Assembly (NCBI GenBank): GCA_948794795.1
Contig: CAQGLR010000014.1
Location: 17,399-81,398, forward strand
DNA from: an uncultured Lachnospiraceae bacterium
Lineage (GTDB): Bacteria > Bacillota > Clostridia > Lachnospirales > Lachnospiraceae
Direction of reading: 5' to 3'
Length of the DNA: 64,000 nt
Under the pieces are notes generated by a model. The model saw nothing but the letters and a program-made list of their open reading frames with translations. It was not told the origin of the DNA and did no database searches. Each line of letters opens with the position of its first letter. Positions within the stretch are counted from its first letter, which is position 1. The translations under genes and the position numbers were made by a program. Of this stretch, positions 32,170 through 43,272 are shown one piece after another.

Positions 32170-34905
32170 TTAGTTTTCTGTTAATTCTTTAATTTCTTCT
32201 TTTTTTGTATCTTTTTCTTCAGGTTTTGGTGTCATAAATTTATCTATAACATTTACAATTCCGTCTTCATCATTTGATGCTGTAACATAATCTGCCATTT
32301 CCTTAACTTCCTGCTGTGCATTGCCCATTGCAACACCCATTCCTGCAAAACGTAGCATTGGCAGGTCATTGTAACTGTCACCTATGCAGATAACCTTCTC
32401 ACGTTGTATATCAAGATGTTTGACAAGCTTTTCAACTGCAACACCCTTATCTACATATCTTGGAAGAAGTTCAACATAGAAAGGGTCTGACCTGAAAACA
32501 TTTAACCTGTCACCAAATTCTTTAGCCATAATCTTTTCTACTTCTGCCATATGTTCAGGTTTTCCACTTAAAAGGAATTTATTAAATGGGAAATTTATTG
32601 CCTTAACAAAATCAGAAACCTCATTTATTGTAACATTACATGCTTCTGCATCAATTTTTATATACTCATTAAGTCCATTACCTGAAATCATTTCTTTTGT
32701 ATTATCATTGTATACTACTATCCCTGCATTTACCCTCTTAGCTGCTTCATATACTGGTTTAACAAGTTCCTTTGGCACCATCTGGTTATATATACATTCA
32801 CCTGTTTTACAATTTACTACAGTAGTACCATTATATGCAATTACATAGCCTCCATACTGTTCAAGTGAAATATTGGAAGCTGTTTTTCTTATTCCTGCAA
32901 TAGAACGCCCTGATGCGATTGCAACTATTTTTCCACGTTGTTGTGCCTTAATTATAGCTTCCCTTGTTTTTTCTGATATTGTTTTATCTGAACCAACAAG
33001 AGTACCATCAATATCCAGTACAAGCATATTGTAATTATCGCCTTCTGGTTCTTCAATACCTTTGACTTTGCGGAATATTTTCATAAACTCCTTACCAGTA
33101 ATTGTTTCATGTTCAATAAGGAATTCTGCCAGGCTGTCAAGTGCATCCCTGTCACCTGCAAGAAAACCTTCCGCTTTATTATAACACTCTTTCAGTATAC
33201 GCATAACTTCCTGGTCTATTTCTGCTTCTGTGGCATCACCACAGTTTAATACTGTACGCCCGTCAAGATATTTACCTTCTACAGATTCAAGACCTATCAT
33301 GCCAAACTTCTCAGTCATTCCATACTGTGTTACCATTGCCCTGGCAAGCTGTGTTGCCTTTTCTATGTCGTTAGAAGCACCTGTAGTTATTGAGTTAAAT
33401 ACAATCTGTTCTGCCGCACGCCCACCAAAAAGTGATACTATACGTGTAAGTATCTCTTCTTTGCTCATAAGATATTTTTCTTCTTCTGGAACCTGCATAA
33501 CATAACCTAATGACCCCATTGTCCTTGGTACAATAGTAATCTTCTGTACTGGCTCTGAGTTTTTCTGGAGTGCTGCCACAAGTGCATGTCCTATTTCATG
33601 GTATGCAACAATCCTCTTCTCTTCCTTACCAAGTATCCTGTCTTTCTTTTCTTTACCTGCTATTACCACTTCCACGGCCTCAAATAAATCAGACTGGCTT
33701 ACTGCCCTTCTTCCAGCCCTTACTGCCATAATTGCTGCTTCATTAATCATATTGGCAAGGTCAGAACCAACTGCACCGCTTGTTGCAAGTGCTATTGCAT
33801 CAAAGTCAACAGAATCATCCATAAGTACATCTTTAGCATGCACTTTTAATATATCAACCCTGCCTTTAAGGTCTGGCTTTTCTACAATTATCCTTCTGTC
33901 AAAACGCCCTGGTCTCAAAAGCGCCTTGTCAAGTACCTCCGGCCTGTTTGTAGCACCAAGCACTACAAGGCCCTTTGAACTGTCAAAACCATCCATTTCA
34001 GACAACAACTGGTTAAGTGTCTGTTCACGCTCGTCATTTCCACCACCATATTGTGTATCACGGCTCTTTCCGACCGCATCAATTTCATCTATAAAAATAA
34101 TACACGGTGCCATTGACTGTGCCTGTTTAAATAAATCCCTTACCCTTGATGCACCTACACCTACAAACATTTCAACAAAGTCTGAACCTGACAGTGAGAA
34201 AAACGGCACCCCTGCCTCTCCTGCTACTGCTTTTGCAAGCAATGTTTTACCTGTTCCTGGAGGGCCTACAAGAAGTGCACCCTTAGGAAGCCTTGCACCT
34301 ATGTCAGAGTATTTTTTAGGATTGTGCAGGAAATCAACAAGCTCAGTAAGTGATTCCATTGCCTCTTCCTGTCCTGCCACATTTTTAAATGTAACACCTG
34401 TTTCTTTCTGTACATACATCTTTGCATTGCTCTTTCCAACTCCCATAACGCCGCCTGAACCTTTTGACATCATACGGAATATAAAGAACAGCCCGCCCCA
34501 TAAAAGCAATATAGGCAGTAACGTTGTAACTATCATATATAAAATACTTGATGAACCATTTGAAATTTCTTTTGAAAATTTAACACCAGCACTATCCAGT
34601 CTTTCAACAAGGTTATAATCCATTGATATAACGCCTGTATAATAAGTAATTTCATAAAGGCCGCTGCCTTGTGAAACAGGTATTATCTCAATCTTGTCTG
34701 ATGAAAGAACTACTTCTTTCACAATGCCATCTTCAAGCATTTTTATAAATTCATCATATGTTATCTCTTTATTTGATGCTTTTTCCACCTGGCTGTTCAT
34801 AAATGAAAATACAAGGAACACTCCAAGTGCAGCTATAAGGCAGATTATAATACTCCTCTTATTCTGGCTTTTCTTAGGGTCCTGCCTGTTATTATTATTT
34901 TCCAA
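32170..34905 (-). CDS. ftsH: ATP-dependent zinc metalloprotease FtsH fused to a C-terminal Cof-type HAD-IIB hydrolase
   Basis: 2 [29 protein letters not shown]; then in frame LDIDGTL, IASGR, KGVA, GDSYND, GVAMGNA; TTG start 34905 after GGAGG. Confidence 0.9.
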   Translation of the reverse strand: MENNNNRQDPKKSQNKRSIIICLIAALGVFLVFSFMNSQVEKASNKEITYDEFIKMLEDGIVKEVVLSSDKIEIIPVSQGSGLYEITYYTGVISMDYNLVERLDSAGVKFSKEISNGSSSILYMIVTTLLPILLLWGGLFFIFRMMSKGSGGVMGVGKSNAKMYVQKETGVTFKNVAGQEEAMESLTELVDFLHNPKKYSDIGARLPKGALLVGPPGTGKTLLAKAVAGEAGVPFFSLSGSDFVEMFVGVGASRVRDLFKQAQSMAPCIIFIDEIDAVGKSRDTQYGGGNDEREQTLNQLLSEMDGFDSSKGLVVLGATNRPEVLDKALLRPGRFDRRIIVEKPDLKGRVDILKVHAKDVLMDDSVDFDAIALATSGAVGSDLANMINEAAIMAVRAGRRAVSQSDLFEAVEVVIAGKEKKDRILGKEEKRIVAYHEIGHALVAALQKNSEPVQKITIVPRTMGSLGYVMQVPEEEKYLMSKEEILTRIVSLFGGRAAEQIVFNSITTGASNDIEKATQLARAMVTQYGMTEKFGMIGLESVEGKYLDGRTVLNCGDATEAEIDQEVMRILKECYNKAEGFLAGDRDALDSLAEFLIEHETITGKEFMKIFRKVKGIEEPEGDNYNMLVLDIDGTLVGSDKTISEKTREAIIKAQQRGKIVAIASGRSIAGIRKTASNISLEQYGGYVIAYNGTTVVNCKTGECIYNQMVPKELVKPVYEAAKRVNAGIVVYNDNTKEMISGNGLNEYIKIDAEACNVTINEVSDFVKAINFPFNKFLLSGKPEHMAEVEKIMAKEFGDRLNVFRSDPFYVELLPRYVDKGVAVEKLVKHLDIQREKVICIGDSYNDLPMLRFAGMGVAMGNAQQEVKEMADYVTASNDEDGIVNVIDKFMTPKPEEKDTKKEEIKELTEN

Positions 34906-35245
34906 AATTACGCCTCCTTCATCTTTTTTCAAGGTATGCCAGCAGCATTTTATGGAAATAAATTCCAAATATGCCCAAAGTGCTATACTTTCACATTATA
35001 AAGCTAGCTTACAGATAAATCAATATATTATCATATGAATAATATTTGAATTTTCTATATTTTTAATAAAAAACCTACAAAAACAGCATTTTTCATTAAA
35101 AATAAGTTCCAAACCCACCATTTAATAAGCATGTATTTTAAAGGGCTTACTTAATGAGGTTAAATTTTATTGTACATATAAATAAGAATTATATATATTA
35201 TCTTCCAATAATAACCAGGTTATTTTAATGAATATTATAAATTTC

Positions 35246-35600
35246 CACGTCCATTTCATAAATTTCAATAATTTTTATTATCCACTTTTGTAGTTATGGA
35301 CAGTTTCCCTATTTTTCAAATTACACAAAGATTATATTACTCTGGCAAATTCCAAATGTTTTACCAAAAGGCAGCTGTTATGGGGGCGCTGGTGCTTAAG
35401 CCCTGTTCTCAATGCTTAATAGAAACTTTTGTTTCTATTAAGCATTTGGGGCTTTATGCACCACTGCGCATCCCATCCAAGCGCAATGCGTGCAAAGCCA
35501 TGTTTCACATGGCTTTTGGTTGGTAAACATTTGGAATTGCCAGAGCCACATAACTTGTATACTAAAAAAATGAAAACTCAAATTTTATAAAACGGATGTG
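35246..35600 (+). repeat. Dispersed palindromic element, copy C (35302-35580), nested within a further outer inverted repeat
   Basis: Inner arms AGTTTCCCTATTTTT / AAAAAAATGAAAACTC; outer CACGTCCATTTCATAAA / TTTATAAAACGGATGTG. Confidence 0.82.
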
Positions 35601-35618
35601 ATAAATTTTAAAAAATGA

Positions 35619-35648
35619 TTGAACACAACATAGCATATGCGTTATAAT
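35619..35648 (+). promoter_or_regulatory. Candidate SigA promoter of pyrG
   Basis: TTGAAC-18 nt-TATAAT. Confidence 0.5.
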
Positions 35649-35691
35649 ATAAAAATATTGTTAAAAATATAATACAAGGAGGACAAACTAA

Positions 35692-37308
35692 ATGGCGGTC
35701 AAATACGTGTTTGTTACTGGAGGAGTTGTATCGGGTCTCGGCAAAGGAATAACTGCTGCTTCTCTTGGCAGGCTGCTTAAAATGCGTGGCTATAGTGTTA
35801 CAATGCAGAAATTCGACCCATATATAAATATTGACCCAGGTACAATGAACCCTGTACAGCATGGCGAGGTATTCGTTACAGATGACGGTGCTGAAACAGA
35901 CCTTGACCTTGGGCATTATGAACGTTTTATTGATGAAAGCCTTACAAAACAGTCAAATGTAACTACAGGCAAGGTGTACTGGTCCGTTTTAAACAAAGAA
36001 CGCCGGGGCGACTATGGCGGAGGCACTGTACAGGTAATCCCACATATTACTAATGAAATCAAAAGCCGCTTTTACCGCAATGATGGCTGCAAAGAGACAC
36101 AAATTGCCATTATTGAAGTAGGAGGTACTGTTGGTGATATTGAAAGCCAGCCTTTCCTTGAGTCAATAAGACAGTTCCAGCATGACATAGGCCACGGAAA
36201 TGCTATCCTTATACATGTTACCCTTATTCCATATCTTCATGCATCAGGGGAAATGAAAACAAAACCTACACAGGCTAGTGTAAAAGAACTGCAGGGCATG
36301 GGCATAAGACCTGATATTATTGTATGCCGTACAGAATATGAACTTGAACAGGGACTCAGGGATAAAATTGCACTTTTTTGTAACGTCCCTACAAAATGTG
36401 TCCTTCAGAACCTTGATGTAGAAACGCTTTATGAAGCTCCTCTTGCAATGGAAAAGGAACATCTTGCAGATGTCGTATGCGAAAAGTTAAACCTTGAATG
36501 TCCAGAACCTGATATGACAGAATGGCAGCTTATGGTTGACAATATCAAGCATCTTGATAAAGATGTGAATATAGCACTTGTTGGTAAATATACCTCACTT
36601 CACGATGCATATATTAGTGTAGTGGAATCATTAAAACATGGGGGCTTTGCCCATAAAAGCAACGTAAATATAAAATGGGTGCCTTCTGAAGAACTTACTG
36701 CTGGAAATGTTGCACAGGTTCTTGGTGATGTAAGCGGAATACTTGTTCCTGGAGGGTTTGGTGACCGTGGCATAGATGGCAAAATTGCTGCAATACAATA
36801 CGCGCGTGAAAATAATGTCCCATTTCTTGGACTCTGCCTTGGCATGCAGCTGGCAATAGTTGAATTTGCAAGAAATGTGGCAGGTTTCCATGATGCACAT
36901 AGTATAGAACTTGACCCACAGACAACACATCCTGTAATCCATCTTATGCCAGAACAGGACGGTATAGAAGATATAGGCGGCACATTAAGGCTTGGTGCTT
37001 ACCCTTGTGTCCTTGACCATTCTTCAAAAGCATATGCAATGTATGGAACAGATACCATACATGAAAGACACAGGCACCGTTATGAAGTCAATAATTATTA
37101 CCGTGATGAACTTATTAAAAATGGCCTGCTGCTTTCCGGGCTTTCACCAGACGGGCGTATTGTTGAAATGTGTGAACTGCCAGACCACCCATGGTTTATT
37201 GCAACACAGGCACATCCTGAATTTAAGTCAAGGCCAAACAGGCCACATCCTTTATTTAAAGGATTTATAGGTGCTGCACTTGAATACCAGGCAAAATTTT
37301 CTAACTAA
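35692..37308 (+). CDS. pyrG: CTP synthase
   Basis: [42 protein letters not shown]. Confidence 0.98.
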   Translation: MAVKYVFVTGGVVSGLGKGITAASLGRLLKMRGYSVTMQKFDPYINIDPGTMNPVQHGEVFVTDDGAETDLDLGHYERFIDESLTKQSNVTTGKVYWSVLNKERRGDYGGGTVQVIPHITNEIKSRFYRNDGCKETQIAIIEVGGTVGDIESQPFLESIRQFQHDIGHGNAILIHVTLIPYLHASGEMKTKPTQASVKELQGMGIRPDIIVCRTEYELEQGLRDKIALFCNVPTKCVLQNLDVETLYEAPLAMEKEHLADVVCEKLNLECPEPDMTEWQLMVDNIKHLDKDVNIALVGKYTSLHDAYISVVESLKHGGFAHKSNVNIKWVPSEELTAGNVAQVLGDVSGILVPGGFGDRGIDGKIAAIQYARENNVPFLGLCLGMQLAIVEFARNVAGFHDAHSIELDPQTTHPVIHLMPEQDGIEDIGGTLRLGAYPCVLDHSSKAYAMYGTDTIHERHRHRYEVNNYYRDELIKNGLLLSGLSPDGRIVEMCELPDHPWFIATQAHPEFKSRPNRPHPLFKGFIGAALEYQAKFSN

Positions 37309-37337
37309 AATTATTTTTTAGAAAGGCAAATTTTTCT

Positions 37338-38786
37338 ATGAATAAAAATAACCTTAAACCTGAAAATGGGAAAAACCACAATATAATACTTACTGTGGCA
37401 ACATCATTAATACTTATTGCATGTGCACTATTTACACTGTCTGTTTACAAGCATAATAATGTTAAAGCTGTATCTGGCATGGATAGTGTAACTTCTGTAA
37501 ATACACCAGCACCAGAAGATACAGGTTCACAACCAGACGATACAGGCACAAGCTCTGTTACCACTGGTACAGATACCAGCACTGGTACAGGTTCTGGAAC
37601 CACAGATGAAGAAAACCAGGAAGATTCTGGAATTGAAAATATGAATTCTGGCTCTTCCAATGAATTACGTGGTGTATGGATTGCCTTCCTTGACTACAAC
37701 CCAAAAGGGTATACAAGGGACTCTTTTACCAGCCAGGTAAAAACCATGTTTGACAAATGTAAATCGGATAATTTTAATACTGTATTTGTCCATGTAAGGA
37801 TGTTTTCTGATGCTATGTATAATTCCAAATATTTTCCATGGTCTAAATATTCATCAGGAAAAATTGGCAAAAGCCCTGGATTTGACCCTCTGTCAATTAT
37901 GGTAACAGAAGCCCACAGCCGCGGCCTGGAAATCCACGCATGGATTAATCCTTACAGGATAACTAAAGATACCACTAGCAATTCAGCACTTGCAAAATCT
38001 TCTTATGCATATAAGTGGCGCAACTCAAAATCACCATCATTAAGACGTAATGTTTTAAATTATAATGGACAGCTCTATTTTAACCCAGCAAAACCTGCTG
38101 TACAGAACCTTATAATTAATGGTGTTAAAGAGATTGTACAAAATTATGATGTTGACGGCATACATTTTGATGACTATTTTTATCCTAATCTTGGAACGTC
38201 ATATAGAAAAAACTTTGATGCAAAAGAATACAATTCTTATATAAAAAACTGCAGAAGTAATAATAAAACACCATTAAATATAGTGTCATGGCGCCGCAGG
38301 AACGTATCAAAACTGGTTAAAAGCGTATATACAGCAGTTAAAAAAGCAGATAAAAACTGTATCTTTGGAATCAGCCCTGCTGGTAATATAGATAATTTAT
38401 ATCTGAAAAACAATTATTATTGTGATGTTAAGAAATGGATGCAGACTACAGGATATATTGATTACATATGCCCACAAATTTACTGGTCTTTTAAACATCC
38501 ATCATGTCCATTTAAAAAAGCTTTAAAACAATGGACAGATGTAAACAGGCATAAAAGTGTAAAACTATATACAGGACTTGCCGCATACAGGGCAGGCATA
38601 AGCAGCAAAGAAGCACGGCTTATAGGGGATAAAAGCTGGGCTAAAAGCAATACAATATTAAAACGTGAAATTGAATATTCACGCAATACTGGGGAAGTAA
38701 ATGGTTTTATATTTTTTGACTATGCTGACCTTAAAAGAAGCTCTGCACGCAAAGAAATAAATAATGCCGTAAAACTTTTTAAATAA
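37338..38786 (+). CDS. Family-10-like glycosyl hydrolase (GHL10/DUF187), membrane-anchored or secreted
   Basis: N-terminal TM, T/S/D linker, ELRGVWI, EIHAWINPYR, DGIHFDDYFY, DYICPQIYW. Confidence 0.85.
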   Translation: MNKNNLKPENGKNHNIILTVATSLILIACALFTLSVYKHNNVKAVSGMDSVTSVNTPAPEDTGSQPDDTGTSSVTTGTDTSTGTGSGTTDEENQEDSGIENMNSGSSNELRGVWIAFLDYNPKGYTRDSFTSQVKTMFDKCKSDNFNTVFVHVRMFSDAMYNSKYFPWSKYSSGKIGKSPGFDPLSIMVTEAHSRGLEIHAWINPYRITKDTTSNSALAKSSYAYKWRNSKSPSLRRNVLNYNGQLYFNPAKPAVQNLIINGVKEIVQNYDVDGIHFDDYFYPNLGTSYRKNFDAKEYNSYIKNCRSNNKTPLNIVSWRRRNVSKLVKSVYTAVKKADKNCIFGISPAGNIDNLYLKNNYYCDVKKWMQTTGYIDYICPQIYWSFKHPSCPFKKALKQWTDVNRHKSVKLYTGLAAYRAGISSKEARLIGDKSWAKSNTILKREIEYSRNTGEVNGFIFFDYADLKRSSARKEINNAVKLFK

Positions 38787-38804
38787 TTATCCCATACAGG
38801 TACA

Positions 38805-38848
38805 AATTAGTCCAGCAATAATTAATATTTGCTGGACTAATTATTTTT
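38805..38848. terminator. Bidirectional terminator between convergent genes
   Basis: AATTAGTCCAGCAA / TTGCTGGACTAATT followed by a T-run. Confidence 0.75.
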
Positions 38849-38894
38849 CTCTGTCCTGCCACCAGTTCCATATTGCATTAAAGAAATTTATTTT

Positions 38895-39581
38895 TTATTC
38901 CCATGTACCAAGCAGGCACTGTGAATTGGTCCCATAGAAAATATCGTCCCTGCCTCCTAGCATCTGGCAAAGCTTTTCAATTCTGTCCCAGTTATTATCT
39001 ACATCAAATTCATAGCTATGCCCCCATATATAAAAAAGCATCTGCTCATCTTCTGCTGGCTCTGCTTCAATAAAACTGCTGGCAAGCTGGAACAGCATCT
39101 CATCATTATGATGGCATGTGCTTTTAAGTTCCATGGGTTCTTCTGGCATTGCAAAACCATGTGTAGCACTAACTGTCCTGCCATATTTAAACCCCTCAGC
39201 TTTAAGATATGCAATAACTTCATCATTATATGTACCATAAGCATAAGCCATACCACAAGGATATTTTCCATAAAGCCTTTCTATATTCTTTGCATCATCA
39301 ATAAATTCGTGTTTATATTCATCTTTATTAAGGCTTTCTGGTGATATATGGCCAAACCCATGTACTGCTATCTCATGTCCTTTATATAGCTGGTCCAGTC
39401 CGTCCTGTTCCATACGCTGTATATGTATGCCATTTATCTCAAAACTGCTTTCATTAGACTGTATACCCGTATTCAGGTTAAATGTTGCTTTCATTCCATA
39501 TTTGTTAAAAATATCTACAAGCTTCCTGTCCTGTTCTATACCATCATCATAACTAAAAGTAAGCGCTTTTCTATACTTCAT
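38895..39581 (-). CDS. Polysaccharide deacetylase (CE4/NodB-like)
   Basis: TFSYDDG, KATFNLN, HEIAVH, AYAYG, WGHSYE; start ATG 39581 after GAGGAGG. Confidence 0.87.
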   Translation of the reverse strand: MKYRKALTFSYDDGIEQDRKLVDIFNKYGMKATFNLNTGIQSNESSFEINGIHIQRMEQDGLDQLYKGHEIAVHGFGHISPESLNKDEYKHEFIDDAKNIERLYGKYPCGMAYAYGTYNDEVIAYLKAEGFKYGRTVSATHGFAMPEEPMELKSTCHHNDEMLFQLASSFIEAEPAEDEQMLFYIWGHSYEFDVDNNWDRIEKLCQMLGGRDDIFYGTNSQCLLGTWE

Positions 39582-39616
39582 AATAATCCTCCTCAATATT
39601 AGAAACCAGCACAGCC

Positions 39617-39679
39617 AGGGCATGTTTGAAAATTGCTTTTAAACTGGCAAACTGCACAAAAATTATATTACTCTGGCAA
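39617..39679 (+). repeat. Truncated left arm of the repeat family (G)
   Basis: AGGGCATGTTTGAAAATTGCTTT...CACAAAAATTATATTACTCTGGCAA. Confidence 0.6.
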
Positions 39680-39690
39680 CTAATACTAAA

Positions 39691-39733
39691 TAAGACATAT
39701 TTCCCAGAACTTAAGTCTGGGGCATATGTCTTA
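39691..39733 (-). terminator. Terminator-like hairpin after pgi
   Basis: TAAGACATAT..CCCAGA / TCTGGG..ATATGTCTTA. Confidence 0.6.
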
Positions 39734-39760
39734 AATGTTTAACTTATTTTATTTACTGGT

Positions 39761-41110
39761 TTACAGTCTCTTCATAAGCTCTTCTCTCTGTGCCTCAAAG
39801 CCTGGCTTTCCAAGAAGTGCAAACATATTCTTCTTATAGCTTTCAACACCTGGCTGGTTAAATGGATTTACACCAAGTACATATCCACTTACGCCACATG
39901 CAAACTCATAGAAATAGAATAACTGTCCAAGGTAAAATTCATTCTGCTCTGGAACCTTTATTGCCAGGTTTGGTACATTACCATCTGTATGTGCAAGCTG
40001 TGTACCTTTCATAGCACTCTTATTTATAAAATCAAGTGTCTTTCCTTTAAGATAATTAAGCCCGTCAAGGTCTACAGGTTCTTCTTCAATAGCAATATCA
40101 AATGAAGGCTTCTCAAGTTCCATAACTGTTTCAAACATTATACGGCTGCCATCCTGGATAAACTGTCCCATTGAATGAAGGTCTGTTGTAAGGTCAACTG
40201 ATGCAGGGAAAATTCCTTTCTGGTCTTTTCCTTCACTTTCACCGTAAAGCTGTTTCCACCACTCTGCTACATAGTGGAATATTGGCTCATAATTGCAAAG
40301 TATTTCAACACTCTTTCCTTTACGGAGCAGAATATTACGTACTGCTGCATATTTAAGTGCATCATTATCAGCAAAGTTCTTATTTAAGCATACTTCCCTC
40401 ATTGAAGCAGCACCTTCCATAAGCTTTTCAATATCTGCACCGCTTACTGCTATTGGAAGAAGGCCTACTGCTGTAAGTACAGAGAAACGTCCTCCTACAT
40501 CATCAGGCACTACAAATGATTCATAACCCTCTTCTGTAGCAAGGTTCTTTAATGCTCCCTTTGCTTTATCTGTTGTAGCATAAATCCTTTTTGCTGCACC
40601 TTCCTTTCCATATTTCTTTTCAAGCATACCCTTAAAGATACGGAAAGCTACTGCTGGCTCTGTTGTAGTACCAGACTTGCTGATAATATTTACAGAAAAG
40701 TCCCTGTCACCAATTACATCAATAAGCTGTGAAAGATATGTTCCGCTCAGATTATTGCCACAATAGTAGATTTCTGGTGTTTTACGTACATCACTGCTGA
40801 CATTGTTATAAAAACTATGTCTTAAAAATTCAATTGCTGCCCTTGCTCCAAGATATGAACCACCAATACCTATTACCAAGAGAACTTCTGAATCTGACTG
40901 GATTCTTTCAGCAGCTTTCTTAATGCGCTTAAACTCGTCCACATCATAAGCTACAGGAAGGTCAATCCATCCAAGGAAATCATTGCCTGCCCCGCTTCTG
41001 CCTACAAGAACCTCCTTTGCATCACATACAATCTTCTCCATAGATTTAATTTCATCTTCTGAAATCACATTGCATGCCAATGAATAGTCAAATTTTACCT
41101 GATTTGCCAT
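39761..41110 (-). CDS. pgi: Glucose-6-phosphate isomerase
   Basis: [42 protein letters not shown]; start ATG 41110. Confidence 0.97.
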   Translation of the reverse strand: MANQVKFDYSLACNVISEDEIKSMEKIVCDAKEVLVGRSGAGNDFLGWIDLPVAYDVDEFKRIKKAAERIQSDSEVLLVIGIGGSYLGARAAIEFLRHSFYNNVSSDVRKTPEIYYCGNNLSGTYLSQLIDVIGDRDFSVNIISKSGTTTEPAVAFRIFKGMLEKKYGKEGAAKRIYATTDKAKGALKNLATEEGYESFVVPDDVGGRFSVLTAVGLLPIAVSGADIEKLMEGAASMREVCLNKNFADNDALKYAAVRNILLRKGKSVEILCNYEPIFHYVAEWWKQLYGESEGKDQKGIFPASVDLTTDLHSMGQFIQDGSRIMFETVMELEKPSFDIAIEEEPVDLDGLNYLKGKTLDFINKSAMKGTQLAHTDGNVPNLAIKVPEQNEFYLGQLFYFYEFACGVSGYVLGVNPFNQPGVESYKKNMFALLGKPGFEAQREELMKRL

Positions 41111-41307
41111 AATTCCTCCATTCCGTTGTATTAACAACACTTTATATTTTAACAGCTTTAGGCTGCCAATTTAAAATACCTTATATTAATATTTTATACA
41201 CTTTTGCCAATTAAATCAAGAAAGATTTTACATTATTAGTAAAATATGTGTTATTATCACTGTTATAATGTCTATAATAACCAGCACAATTTACTATATA
41301 CCAGATA

Positions 41308-42651
41308 TTACACCATAGACGTTTCCAGGTTTCCAAATTTAGTAAATTGGGAAAGCCATGCAAGTTTTACTGAACCTGTAGGCCCGCTTCTCTGCTTGGC
41401 AATAATAACCTCTGCAACACCTTTTTCCTCTGTATCAGGATTATAATACTCATCCCTGTACAAAAACATAACCATATCTGCATCCTGTTCAATAGCTCCT
41501 GATTCACGTAAGTCTGAAAGCAAAGGTTTTTTATCCGGGCGCTGTTCTACAGCACGTGAAAGCTGTGACAGTGCAATAACTGGAATATCCAGCTCCCTTG
41601 CCATAACTTTCAGTGCACGTGATATATCTGATATCTCCTGCTGCCTGTTATCACCTTTCCTCCTGCCCGAACCTGACATAAGCTGCAGGTAATCAATGAC
41701 AACAAGGTCAAGACCTTTCTCAATCTTAAGCCTGCGGCATTTAGAACGCAGTTCTTGTGCTGTTATTCCAGAAGTGTCATCTATTACAAGATTTGAATTG
41801 CCAATTCTACGTACACTTCCTACAAGTTTGTCCCAGTCCTCATCCTCCAGGTTTCCAGTCCTTATCTTCTGTGAATCAACATGTGAATTCATAGAAAGCA
41901 TACGTTTAATAAGCTGTTCCTTGCTCATTTCAAGGCTGAATATTGCTATGGTGCTTTTACTGTGGAGTGCCATATATTCTGCAATATTCAGTACAAACGC
42001 TGTCTTTCCCATAGCAGGCCTTGCCGCAATAAGTATAAGGTCTGACTTCTGCAATCCCGCTGTCTTATAATCAAGGTCCCTGAAACCTGTTTCAAGCCCT
42101 GTAATATGCCCTTTCTGCTTTGCTGCCTTTTCAATACTGTCAAGGGTGCGCAGCACCACTTCACGTATAGGCTCAAACTCATTGCCGCCACGCCTCTGTA
42201 ATACATCAAATACACTTTTCTCTGTTTCATCAAGTATTTCACTGGCAGGCTGCCTGTCCATATAACATGTATTGCTTATACGCTCTGTTATCTGTATAAG
42301 CCTTCTAAGCACTGCCTTGTCATGTACTATACGGACATAATGCCTTATATTGGCAGATGTAGGCACACTGCCTATAAGGCTTCCTATAAATTCCACACTT
42401 AAAAGCTCAGGCGGCACTTCTTTTTCATGCAGCTTATTCTGTAAAGTAACAAGGTCTGCACCCACGCCTGCTTTATACATTTCAACAAGTGCATCAAATA
42501 TTATGCCATACTGCCCCTGGTAAAAGTCATCCGCAGATAACATTTCCGAAGCTATAAGTATAGCATCAGAATCCATAATCATAGAACCTATTACTGCACG
42601 TTCCGCTTCCACATTATGAGGTGGTATCCTCTTAATTGCCTCCTCCTGCAT
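41308..42651 (-). CDS. dnaB: Replicative DNA helicase
   Basis: PPHNVEAE, AARPAMGKT, FSLEM, IDYLQL, DLRESGAIEQDAD. Confidence 0.97.
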   Translation of the reverse strand: MQEEAIKRIPPHNVEAERAVIGSMIMDSDAILIASEMLSADDFYQGQYGIIFDALVEMYKAGVGADLVTLQNKLHEKEVPPELLSVEFIGSLIGSVPTSANIRHYVRIVHDKAVLRRLIQITERISNTCYMDRQPASEILDETEKSVFDVLQRRGGNEFEPIREVVLRTLDSIEKAAKQKGHITGLETGFRDLDYKTAGLQKSDLILIAARPAMGKTAFVLNIAEYMALHSKSTIAIFSLEMSKEQLIKRMLSMNSHVDSQKIRTGNLEDEDWDKLVGSVRRIGNSNLVIDDTSGITAQELRSKCRRLKIEKGLDLVVIDYLQLMSGSGRRKGDNRQQEISDISRALKVMARELDIPVIALSQLSRAVEQRPDKKPLLSDLRESGAIEQDADMVMFLYRDEYYNPDTEEKGVAEVIIAKQRSGPTGSVKLAWLSQFTKFGNLETSMV

Positions 42652-42818
42652 CCCAGTCCTCCATTCTGGAAACCAGGAACAAATAGAGAAATAATTTTAC
42701 AATCCTGCCAGTCTGTATCTGTCAGTTATAAATTCCAAACATATATCCTGGATATTGTAATATTATTTCTTTACTGTTCCTTGCTGCAATCCTAAAATCC
42801 TTCTAAGGAACCACAACA

Positions 42819-43271
42819 CTAATTATCTGCATCTTTTACAATAACTTTAAGCTCCCCCGTAACCTTAGGATGGATTTTTATTGTAAGGTTATATGTTCCT
42901 GGGCTTTTAACTGGAACATCAAGTGACATTTTCTTTTTATCAATATCATATCCAAGCTGGCTTTTAATAGCAGCATTAATTTCCTTTGTAGATACTGAAC
43001 CAAAGCTCCTTCCGCCTGAACCTGTCTTAATTGCTACTGTTACTGATTTGTCTTTTAACTCATCTGCAAAAGCCCTTGCCTCATCAAGCTTTTCTTTTGC
43101 AAGTTTCTCCTCATGCTGTTTCTGCAGTTTAAGCTCGTTAAGGTTCTTTGAAGTAGCTTCCCTCCCAAGGTTCTTTTTAAAAATATAATTTCTTGCATAA
43201 CCATCGCTTACTTTGACAATCTCGCCCTTTTTCCCAAGTGATTTAACATCTTCTAGTAAAATTACTTCCAT
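42819..43271 (-). CDS. rplI: 50S ribosomal protein L9
   Basis: [32 protein letters not shown]. Confidence 0.97.
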   Translation of the reverse strand: MEVILLEDVKSLGKKGEIVKVSDGYARNYIFKKNLGREATSKNLNELKLQKQHEEKLAKEKLDEARAFADELKDKSVTVAIKTGSGGRSFGSVSTKEINAAIKSQLGYDIDKKKMSLDVPVKSPGTYNLTIKIHPKVTGELKVIVKDADN

Positions 43272-43272
43272 T

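Noticed and set aside
33752..34618. Long antisense ORFs (288 aa here; also 27857-28615, 14426-14968 and others)
   Set aside because: Shadow frames opposite well-supported genes; no RBS or protein motifs
35649..35691. pyrG reiterative-transcription attenuator
   Set aside because: The leader is short and A/T-rich, with no GGGC start or terminator hairpin visible
42652..42818. Imperfect hairpin between rplI and dnaB
   Set aside because: Weak AT-rich pairing without the repeat-family core; no function can be supported
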